64,000 nt of DNA from NCBI RefSeq assembly GCF_036321535.1, contig NC_087436.1, positions 101,310,001 to 101,374,000 of the forward strand, written 5' to 3'. Position 1 is the stretch's first letter; each line of letters begins with the position of its first letter. Origin of the DNA: Camelus dromedarius. Lineage: Eukaryota. Under the pieces are notes generated by a model. That model saw only the letters and a program-made list of their open reading frames with translations. It was not told where the DNA came from and ran no database searches. Positions 1 to 10,752 of this stretch are shown in pieces. The position numbers and the translations under genes are program-made.

Positions 1-2750
1 TTTCTCCCTCCTCCTAGCCCTTGCCAACTATACTTCTACTCTATGCTTCTGTGAGTTGGACTACTTTAGAATCTTCATATAAGTGGTAGTACATAATATT
101 TGTGACTGGTTTACTTTACTTAGCATAATGTCCTTCAGGTTCATCTATGTTGTCAGAAAGGGAGGATTTCTTTTCCTTTTTATAAGGCTCAATAATATTC
201 TGTCATATCTCTATACTGTATTTTTTGTCCACTTATCTGTTGATGGACACGTGTTGTTTCTGTATCTTGGCTGTTGTGGATAGTGCTGCAGTAAACACAG
301 GGATGCAGATGTCTCTTTCAGATCCTGTTTTCATTTCTTTTGGCTATATACCCAGAAGTGGGATTGCTGGATCTTATGGTGGTTCTATTTTTAATATTTT
401 AAGGGGCCTCCGTGCTGTTTTCCATAGTGGTCGAAGCAGTTTACACTCCACCAAGAGAGCCCAAGTGTTCTGTCTTCACATCCTCACCAACACTTACTTT
501 TTTAGCCATTCTAACAGGTGGTAAGTGATAACTCCTTGGGATTTCAGTTTGCATTTCCCTGATGATTTGTGGTGTTGAGCACCTTTTTATAAGATTTGTA
601 TGTCTTCTTTAGAGATATGTCTATTCAGATCCTTTGACTTTTTTTAAATTGGGTTATTCATTTTTTGAGTTGTATGAGCTCCTTATTTATGTGATACACG
701 GTTTTCAAGCATTTTCTCCCATTCTGTAAGTTTCCTCTTTATTTTGTTGATTGTTTCCTTTGCTGAGCAGTTTTGTTTGTTTTGTTTTTTGTCATTGGTG
801 GTGTTTTGTTTTGTTTTCCTGTAGTCCCATTTGTCTATTTTTGCTTTAGTTGCCTGTGCTTTTGGTATCATATCCAATAAATTATTGCCAAAACCAGTGT
901 CATGAAGCTATCCTCTGATGTTTTTTCTCTTATTACTTTTATGGTTTCAAGTCTCATGTTTAAGTCTTTAATTTATTTTGAGTTAATTTTGTGTATTGCA
1001 TAAGGTAAGGGTCCAGTTTCATTCCTTTGCATGTGGATAAACAGTTTTCACAACACCATTTATTGAAGAGACTATCCTTTTCTCATTGTGAATTCTTGGC
1101 AACCCTGTCAAAGATTAGGTGACCATACATGTGTCAATTTACTTCTGGGCTCTCTATTTTGTTTCACTGGTTTATATGTCTGTTTTTATGCCGGTACCAT
1201 AATATTCTGATTATTATAGATTTGATTACTATACAAAAATGTGTAATATAGTTTGAAATCAGGAAGTGTGATGACTTGAGCTTTGTTCTTGCTCAAAATT
1301 GTTTTGACTATTTGGGATCTTTTGTGGTTCTATGTACATTTTAGGGTTATTTTTTCTATATATGTAAAAAATGTCATTGTGATTTTGATAGAGATTGCAC
1401 TGAACTCATAGATGGTTTTGAGTTGTTGGGATAGTTTAACAATATTATTTCTTCAACCTGTGAACATGGAATGTCTTTCCATTTATTTATGTTGGCTTTA
1501 ATTCTTTCATAAGCGATTTATAATTTTTGGTGTACAAGTTATTTACTTCCTTGGTTAAGTTTATTCCTAAGTATTTTGTTCTTTTTGATGATGAATGGAA
1601 TTGTTTTCTTAATTTCTTTTTTGGATAGTTCATCGTTGGTGTATAAAAATGTAATTGATTTTTGTATGTTGATTTTTTAATAGCCTGCAACTTTACTAAA
1701 TTTGTTCTTTGGTTCTGTTTTTTTACAGCATCTTTTAGGTTTTATATCATGTCTTCTGCAGAGATAATTTTGGTTCTTCCTTTCGGATTTGGATGGCTTT
1801 ATTTCTTTTTCCACCCTAATTGCTCTGGATAGTACTTCCAGTACTGTGTTGAACAGAAGTGGTGAGACTTTGCATCTTTGCCTTTTTCATGATCTTAGCA
1901 GAAAAGCATTCAGTTTTTAACCATTTAATATGATGTTAGTTGTGGATTGTTCAAATATGGCTTTTATTATATTGAGGTACATACCTTCTATACTTAATTT
2001 GTTGAGAACTTTTATCTTGAAAGGATGTTAAATTTTGTCAAATGCTTTTTCTACAAATATGGAGATTATCTTAAAATTTTATCCTTTTTTCTGTTAATGT
2101 GGTTTATCTTACTTATGGATTTTATTATGTTAAACCATCCTTGTATCCCAGGGATAAATCCCACTTGGCCATGGTGTATGTTTTTTTTTAATGTGCTTTT
2201 AAATTCTGTTTGCTAATATTGTGTCCTAGATTTTTGCATTCATGTTTATCAGGGGTATTTGCCTGTAGTTTTCTTGTGTTGTCTTTGTCTGGCATTGGTA
2301 TCAGGGTAATTCCAGCCTCAGAGAAAGTTTAGAGGTGTTTCTTCAAATTTTTGGAGGGTATAAGAAAAATTGCTGTTAATTCTTATTTAAATGTTTTGTA
2401 GAATTCACCTGTGAGGTCATATGGTCCTGGGCTTTTCTTTGTTTCTAATTCAATCTCCTTATTTATTTTTGGTCTGTTCAGACTTTCTTTTTCTTCTCGA
2501 TTCAGTCTTGGTATGTTGTATGTTTATAGGAATTTATCCATGTCTTAGGTTGTCCAGTTTGTTGGTATATAATTTTTTGTAACATTTTATGATCTTTTTT
2601 TAATTTCTGTGACATCCATTGTAATGTATCTTCTTTCACGTATACTTTTCTTTGAGTTTTATCTTTTTTTCTTGGTTAGTCAACCAGAGTGATCCTTTTA
2701 AGACATCTATAATTTGTCTGCTGAAATCTAATGTCCCAACCTTTGTTTTT

Positions 2751-2855
2751 GTTTGTTTGTTTGTTTTCCCAGAGGAAATGGCAAAGTTTGTTTGTTTGTT
2801 TTCCCAGAGGAAATGGCAAAGTTTGTTTGTTTGTTTTCCCAGAGGAAATGGCAAA
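2751..2855. repeat. Three perfect tandem copies of a 35-bp unit GTTTGTTTGTTTGTTTTCCCAGAGGAAATGGCAAA
   Basis: Copies at 2751-2785, 2786-2820 and 2821-2855, followed by a partial GAGGAAATGG at 2856-2865. Confidence 0.97.
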
Positions 2856-3301
2856 GAGGAAATGGTTAGTCTGGTTAGAAGTTTATTTTGTTCAGTTTTT
2901 CAAAAAAACTACCTCTTAGGTTTGTCAATTTTTTCAAATGTATTTCTATTCTCAATTTCATTTATTTCTGCCCTAATCTTATTTCCTTCCCCCTGATAAC
3001 TTGGGACTTTGTTTGTTCTTTTTGTAGTTCTTTTAGTTAGAAAATTAGATTGTGTATTTGAGATTTCTTCTTTTTTAATGTAGGTATTTGTTGCTATAAA
3101 CTTCCCTCTTAGTACTGGTAAGTTTTGTGTTTTCCTTTTCATTTGTCTTAAGATATTTTTAAAAATTTCCTCTTGATTTTTTTGACCCAGTTGTTGTCCA
3201 ATAGTGTGTTGTTTAATTTCCACATATTTGTGAAGTGTCCTGTTTTTCTCTATTACTGATTTCTAGTTTTAATCTGTGTGGTTAGAAAAGATACTTGGTA
3301 T

Positions 3302-4281
3302 CAAAACACAAACAAATAACAAACAAACAACTAAATCAAAAAATGGGCAGAAGACCTAAACAGACATTTCTGCAAAGAAGACATACAGATGGACAACAGG
3401 TACATGAAAAGATGTTCAGCATCACTAATTACTAGTGAAATGCAAATCGAAACTTCAGTGAGGTATCACTTCACACCAGTCAGAATGGTCATCATCAAAA
3501 AGTCTACAAATAATAAATGCTGGAGAGGATGTGGAGAAAAGGGAACCCTCTTACACTGTTGGTGGGAATGTAAATTGGTGCAGGCACTATGGAGAATAGC
3601 ACAGTTTTTTTCCTTGAAAAACTAAAAATAGAGTTACCATATGATCCAGCAATCCTACTCCTGGGCATGTATCTGGAAAAGATGAAAACTCTAATTCTAA
3701 AAGATACATGTATTCCAGTGTCCATAGCAGCACTATTTACAATACTCAAGACATGGAAGCTATCTAAATGTCCACTGACGAATGGATAAAGAAGATTCCA
3801 TATATACAATGGAATATTACTCAGTCATCGAAAGAATGAAATAATGCCATTTGCAGCAACATAGATGGACCCAGAGATTATCATACTAAATAAGTCAGGC
3901 AGAGAAAGACAAATATCATAAATAACTTACATGTGGAACCTAAAATAAACGATACAAATGAACTTATTTACAAAAGAGAAACAGACTCACAGACATAGAA
4001 AACGATCTTATGGTTACCAAAGGGGAAAGGAGGGGAGGGATAAATTAGAAGTTTGGGACTAACAGATACATACTACTATTTATAAAAGGTAAACAGCAAG
4101 CTCCTACTGTACTGCACAGGAAACTATATCCAATATCTTGTAATAGACTGTAATGGAAAAGAGTCTGAAAATGAATACATATATGTCTATACGTATATAT
4201 GTATGTATATATATACCTGAATCACTTTGCTCTACACCTGAAACTAACAAAACGTTGTAAACCAACTATACTTCAAAAAAA
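3302..4281 (+). mobile_element. 5'-truncated Cetartiodactyla-type L1 (ORF2 C-terminus, 3'UTR, poly-A) nested in the older L1
   Basis: ORF2 cysteine-rich C-terminal peptide '[25 protein letters not shown]' (3389-3625), then 3'UTR and A-tail. 16-bp TSD AAAAGATACTTGG[T/A]AT at 3286-3301 and 4282-4297. Confidence 0.95.
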
Positions 4282-5732
4282 AAAAGATACTTGGAATAAT
4301 TTCAATCTTAATTTTTTAAGGCTTTTTAGCAAACTAACATATGAGCAATCCTGGAGAATGTTTCATGTGTGCTGAAGAAAAATGTATATTCTGCTGCTTT
4401 GGGTGGAATGTTCTATATATTTTAAGTTTATTTGATTTATAGTAGTGTTCAAGTCTCCTATTTGCCTATTGATTTTTTTTTTTCTGGATGATCTATACAT
4501 TATTCAAAGTGGGGTGTTGAATTCTCCTGTAATTATTATATGGTCTGATCTATTTCTCCCTTCAGCTGCCGATGATTTGCTTTATGTATTTAGATTCTCT
4601 GATGCTGGGTGCATATATATTAATAATTGTTATTTTATTGTTAAATTGACTCTTTTATTATGTAATGTCCTTTGTCTCTTATGATAGTTTTTGACAAGCT
4701 CTATTTTTTCTCATGTAAATATAGGAATTTCTGCCTTCTTTTGCTTACCGTTTCCATGAAGTATGTTTTCCCCATGCTTTCACTTTCAGACTATGTGTAT
4801 TATTAAATCTAAAGTGAGTCTCCTCTAGGCATCATATGGTTGGATCTCATTTTTAAACCCATTCAGTGACTCTGTTATCTTTTGATTGGGAGTTTAATCC
4901 ATTTGTATATAAACTAATTATTGGTAAGTAAGAACTTACTGTTGCCATTTTGTTAATTGTGTTCTCTCTCTTTCGTTCTTCTCTTCTTCTCTTGCTGTCT
5001 CCCTTTGTGCTTTGCTATTTATTTGTAGGGATATGTATTGATTCTCCTTTATTTTTCCTTTTTGTATCTACTGGAGGTTTTTTCTTTGCACGTATCATAA
5101 GGCTTGCATAAAAATTCCTGTAGTTATAACTGTCTTAAGCTAATAACAATTTAACTTCAATCACACAAAAAACTAAACTTTTCTTTTACTATGGTATGGT
5201 AATTTTTCTAAACTAGAAGCAGTCAACAACACCATTTTTCCTCACTGGTATTTTTTATTTAATTTTTCAACTAATCTACTTATTTTACTTTCACAAGATC
5301 TCACACTTCACCACTCTCAATTTCCGTTGCTCCCGCCTCCCACTTAATTATATTATAATTACTAAAAAATTTGTCTTATATCATTCCATCATTCATATTT
5401 ATTTTTTACCTGTAGAATAAAGTACAAACTCTTTGTCATGAAGTCAATTGTTCTTCAAAATCTGTTTTCACTCTACCTTTTGAAAGTAATCTTCCTAATC
5501 TAACCCCCATTCTCATGTACCCTAAGCCCCATTTCACACAAGTATAATTTTTGTTGCACTTATATACTGTGAATCTTTCTTCAACTGTGCTTTCGCACGT
5601 GCTGCCTTCTAACTAAAACTACTTCAACTCTTGCTGTCTGTAAAGATCCCACTTATTTATACTGATCAGGATATATATAGGTCATGCTATAGTAGCATAC
5701 AAGCTGTAAACTCAAGGTTATACACGATTAAA

Positions 5733-6200
5733 CAGTGATGCTCAAAGTATGGTTCATGGATACATTGGATTCCCTGAGACCCTTTTAGAATGTTGGTGAG
5801 GGCAAACCTACTTTCAAAATAATAGTAAACTGGTATTGCCTTTTACACTTGTTGATTTTTGCACTGATGATGCAACATTATGGATAAAGATAATGGTTTC
5901 AAACTGAGTTACTGTTAGACATTGTATTTTTCACTATATTTTTCTGGCAAAAGAGAAAAAAAAGGACAGCTTCACTTTAAAAATGTCCTTGATGAAGCAG
6001 TAAAAATTATTAATTTTATTAAATATTGACTCGAGTACATATCTTTTTAATATTCTATGTAACACAGTAGGAACCAGTACATGTAAAAAGTATGATGATT
6101 TTCATACAAGAAAAGCATTTGTGCAATTGCAAGCTGAATTAGTATTTTTTTCATGGAATGTCATTTTTACTTGAATGAATTACTGACAAACTGTCTTATA
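5733..6200 (+). mobile_element. hAT-Charlie DNA transposon fragment (Charlie1a/1b-like)
   Basis: Starts with a CAGTGATGCTCAAAGTATGG terminus. Transposase remnant 'KNVLDEAVKIINFIK' reads at about 5980-6024. Confidence 0.85.
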
Positions 6201-6929
6201 TTTGTACCATCTGTTTATTGTGAATCCTGTAAAAATCAAGGAAGCAGACATATAATACACATAGCAACATGCTAAATTCTGTGCAGTGGTTTAAAAATAC
6301 CTGAAGATAGGGAAGCAAGTGAAAGATGTTGCTAAGGAGTGTTAAGTAGGAAGCAGTTCTTAAGTTGGATTTCCAATGAGTGGCTGTATTTGGATGGGGG
6401 ATGGGCACGAGAGAATCACTCACAGAGAAACAATATTAAAGGTGGCCCTTCCAGATTTGTCACAAGTTGTCTTCATGGTCATGAGGAGTTGATTCCAACT
6501 TTAATGGAAGGTCTACATTGGCTGATAGAGGAAGATTATATATTCAGAAAGCAAAGTAAGATTAAATTGTAATTGATTTTAAAAATGAAGCCAAATAATT
6601 GAGATTTGATTTACTAAACACAAGGATTTTGGTTTTGAGGAGGAACATGATGTATGTAGCATTTGAAGAAGTTTAGATTGGTGTTAACAGTTCATAGGAT
6701 AATTAATTGGATGTGGTTGAGACAAAATCAGAAAAGCCAGCTAAGGATTTTGAACTAGTTGTGTTAGCAGTGTGAATCTGTAAAAGGGAGTCAAGAGAAG
6801 GAGGATAAAAAAGATCAGGAGAGGAAAAATTTAAGACAGTTGGAATTAATAAATAAGTCTTGTTAACTGACTGAATATTGAGAATGAGGTAATTGTCTGT
6901 TACTAAATGTCATTTAATATATACTTCTG

Positions 6930-7165
6930 TGGATTTTTCTTGACTCTCCTTTTCAGTCATCCCCCTAACTCAAAAAGCATTCCTCCCAGCACTGTGTCCA
7001 CACAGAGTATCCCTCCTAATTTGTATAATAATTTTTTCCTTACATGTATATTTAGATGGGTAGATCTCAGGTGTCATTTAAATAATTTCCATGTATGACT
7101 TAAGCCTAACACAATGCTTGGTGCCTAACTAGTGTTTAATAAATACTATTTGTTGAGTGAATGAT
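6930..7165 (+). mobile_element. L2 3' end fragment
   Basis: Typical L2 tail 'cctaacacaatgcttggtgcc...tttaataaatactatttgttgagtgaatga'. Confidence 0.6.
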
Positions 7166-7499
7166 AGTATTGTATAATTAATGTATCAATTCAAGAAGAG
7201 TGATTTTTTATTTATTTATCTAAGGTTCAGAATGTGTGGATGACTGACAGTAAATAAATAATAAAAAATAAGTATATTGGCTAAACTTTTCAGTTTCAAC
7301 TTGGACTTACTAAATTTTAAAGGCAGAGCTGGAATATACATAGTATGTATACAATGCATCCAGTAGAGTATGACATTTCTCCGCCCTCTCTGATACGTAG
7401 CACGGCATGTGTTCCTAGCAAATATTGCACTATAAGTCAATGTGAAAAACTTTCAGACAAATGACAGTGAGACATAATATAAATCAAGACATAAGCCTA

Positions 7500-7715
7500 C
7501 ATTTAACATACCGCCAGATTATTTGCCAGACACTTTTCTAACTTCTTTCCGTATATTCATTAAATTTATTCCCAAAACAGCCCTATTATCTCTGCTTTAT
7601 ACAGGAAAGAACTGAAACACAGGACAGCTAAATGATGTGCTCAGTGTCATACGTGTGCATCACATATGTATATAGCAGAGGCAGTATTTGTTTGAGGCAG
7701 TCCATACTCCTGATG
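7500..7715 (-). mobile_element. MIR SINE, degenerate
   Basis: Antisense MIR core 'tattatctctgctttatacaggaaagaactgaaacacagg...aatgatgtgctcagtgtcatac'. Confidence 0.65.
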
Positions 7716-10174
7716 TCTGTCTCTGGAACTGAGATTTTCCTAATAGGACATTATAAAGTTGCAAGAAACTCATTAAAAATGTTATGAAGTCCTATAGGAA
7801 AGTATTTTACAATTTTAAAGGGTGATTTTTTTTTTCACTTTCAAGAAAGAGCAGATTGGCTTTTGCCAAATGGAAATTACATGAAGGATTCACAATTGCT
7901 TAGAAAGTTCCATGTATTTATAGATTGAAATTTAAAAATAAGGATTTAAAATAGGGAAATAATGATTCAAAGCTCTTCTATATAGATTTAGAAAACAAAG
8001 TTTACAATACAAATGCATAATTGGATATGTAAATGATTCAAAGCCTGTGTGGGTCTTGGAAGTAGCAAAAGGCTCTTATTAGAAGAAAAAGCAATACATT
8101 ATACACCAAGAACTTCTCAAAAAATGTGAATGTGAGAGCTACTGAAATCATGAACACATCATCATTATTATCATTATCATCATCATTTTCATCAGTTGCT
8201 ATTTTTTATACATACAGGGTTCATAATACTGAATTAGATGCTTCAAATCCATTAAAATATTTTTTTAAAAATTGCAAAAGAGCTCAAAAAATAAAAGCCA
8301 CTGTGTATGACTAGAGACATTAAAATAGTGGCTTATTTATTGATCAAAGCTTAATACTTTCCAATAACCAAAAGTACAACATTTAAAATTTTTAAATAGT
8401 TTATATAAGAGAAACTCCTCCATGAAAGAGTTAACAGACTTGAAATCATCTGCAATCAAACTCTGCTGAATGTTGGAGAATCTGACTCAATATTTGCAAC
8501 CAATTAAGTTTCCCTATATATAGAGATGACATTCATGCTTAAAAAAATCAAAATGCCTTTTTTCTTTATTGTTTTGCTGTGGGTAGATTTATGATTTTTG
8601 GATGGAAAGTATTTTTTCCCACAAAAGAGTTGAGATTTGAAATGAAGAGTTGAAGTAAAAATGACAGCTTTTATATACATAAATATACAATCAAATTCAG
8701 TGGCATATTTGTGTTTTTGAAAAAAAGAAGAAAATTTGCTTTTTTAAAAGAAAAAATATTCAGTTCACATTCTACCAGCTAAAATTAAAACTAACAAAAG
8801 AAATAAAAACACAGTTGTTCTAATCTTAATTGGTACGTTGAGCAGCAGGTTAGAATTAAAATAATCATTCTGATTTTCTTTCTTTAAGAGTCAGTGGAAA
8901 ATAGTGGTTCAGTCCCTAATAAACTTTAGAAAAATATGATGCACAGTTATACTTTTTTATGTGTAATGGATATGCTTGAAAATTTGGCAGATATTTAATT
9001 AATTTTTTTTAAAAATTGAGTTAAATTTCAGTTGGCTAAATGAGATTACAATTCAAATGATCCTGGTCTAAAAAAGGATTCTTGTATTTCTAGGATAACT
9101 TTATACATCTATTTAATATAGTGTAGCTTTATGTACGTCTGTGTGTGTGTATGGGGTAAAAAACTGCTCATTTAAGTTTAGTATTATTTGAATTTTTTTT
9201 GAAGACCTAAACAAAATAACAAATATTTGAACAGAAGATAGACATGTTATGTTGTGAAGGTGTTCCTCTTTTTTAAAATTATAATTAAATCATTTTTTCT
9301 TCAAACAAGAAAACTATGAGATGATGACTCACGTCTAAAGACCACCTTGTGTATTTTTTAAATTGTGATTTCCCCAACGAGTGTCATAATCACTTAGTTC
9401 ATTTATGCGGGGTTTAACCAAGATCCACAGGTGATGCTAATGCATGTACACACCAAATAGTCATTGCTTTATTGCATTTCAAATAATCTTTGTTTACAAA
9501 AATTTCATAATACATTTTATGCACTTTTTCAGATATCCCCTGGCATTGCCTCTAGAACCTGCAGACACTGGCTTTCTGAGTAAGTTCCTCTGCCCAAATC
9601 TGGGGTTCCTCCACCTAGGATAGCTGGCCCTATACTCGAGAGTTTTTGTGTCCTCCTCCAAGAATGCCATACCCAGCAGGAAGGTATAACCAGGTTTTGA
9701 GAGGCCACATTGGCCAGCAGTGATCAGAAATGCAGTGGAGTTAGACGACTGTCAGGAGAAATTTGACTAATGGAAATAGGCAACAGTAGGGGTCTGGGTA
9801 GAGGTACCTCTGTATCCCTGCCAAAGACATGGTCTCTCCACTTAGCAGATCTGTATATATACCACTCGGCTGAATGGACACATCTGCCATTCACTTTCTG
9901 GGTTGCTTCATGGATGATTAAGAAGCCAGAGAAATCCTTCTCATCCTTCCTTATTTCAGTAACTTTTATACTCAATTTTTTTAAGGAACTCAGGCTAGAA
10001 TATTCTCTGTGTACACAATTTAAAAGATCTATTGATTACATCAGATACACTTGTATTTAGAAGATGTCTTTAACTTAAGTCTACCACAATGATATGAGTC
10101 ACAGAAAAAAACAAATCTAGTCTTGCATTAATAATGCAGTGCAACCAAGAGTTGCACACACAACAAAAATTAGC

Positions 10175-10752
10175 TGATCATGGTGTGCGAGCCTCTTATG
10201 TGCTGTTGAATTTGGTTTGCTAGTATTTTGTTGAGAATTTTTGCATCTCTGTTTGTTGGGGATTTTGGCCTGTAGTTTTATTTCTCTATGGTTTCCTTAT
10301 CTGACTTTGGTATTGGTAATGCTGACCTCGTAAAATGTGTTTGGGAGTGTTCTCTCCTCTTCAGTATTTTGGAAGAGTTTGATTAGGATCTTCATTCATT
10401 CTTCTTTATATATTTGGTAAAATTCACCAGTGAAACCATCTGGTCCTAGGCTTTTCTATTTTGGGAGGGTTTTATTTGTGAGTCAAATTTCTCAGTTTTT
10501 TATTGGTCTGTCCAATTTTCTCTTTATTTATGATTCAGTCTTGGTAGGTTGTATGTTAATAGAAATGTACCCATTTCTTCTAGGTTGTCCAGTATGTTAG
10601 CATATAGTTGTTTATAGTAGTCTCTTATGATCATTTGTATTTCTGTGGTATCAGGTATTATGTCTTTACCTTCATTTATAATTGTATTTATTTGGGTCTT
10701 CAGACATTATGATCAAGTGGAATTCAAGTGGAATTCATCCCTGAGATATAAA
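10175..10752 (-). mobile_element. L1 ORF2 fragment (antisense, about 10175-10701) joined to a short sense L1 piece (about 10702-10752)
   Basis: Antisense ORF2 'tgatcatggtgt...ttggtttgctagtattttgttgagaatttttgcatct', then sense 'acattatgatcaagtggaatt...catccctgagat'. Confidence 0.85.

Larger units (their letters stand above)
1..5190 (-). mobile_element. Old LINE-1 (L1MA8/L1MA9-like), 3'UTR through ORF2, degenerate; interrupted at 2682-2862 and 3302-4281
   Basis: Continuous antisense L1 sequence. Minus-strand ORF2 peptides: 'MIPKAQATKAKIDKWDY' (683-877), 'KYLGINLTKEVNNLYTKNYKSLMKE' (1487-1690), 'LRGKFIATNTYIKKEE' (2909-3223). L1MA-type 3'UTR at 1-540. Subfamily from recalled consensus. Confidence 0.92.

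Noticed and set aside
2652..2996. ORFs with repeated 'FVCLFSQRKWQSL' peptides; array that superficially resembles CRISPR
   Set aside because: The peptides come from the 35-bp tandem repeat. The copies are head-to-tail with no spacers, there are no cas genes, and the DNA is mammalian.
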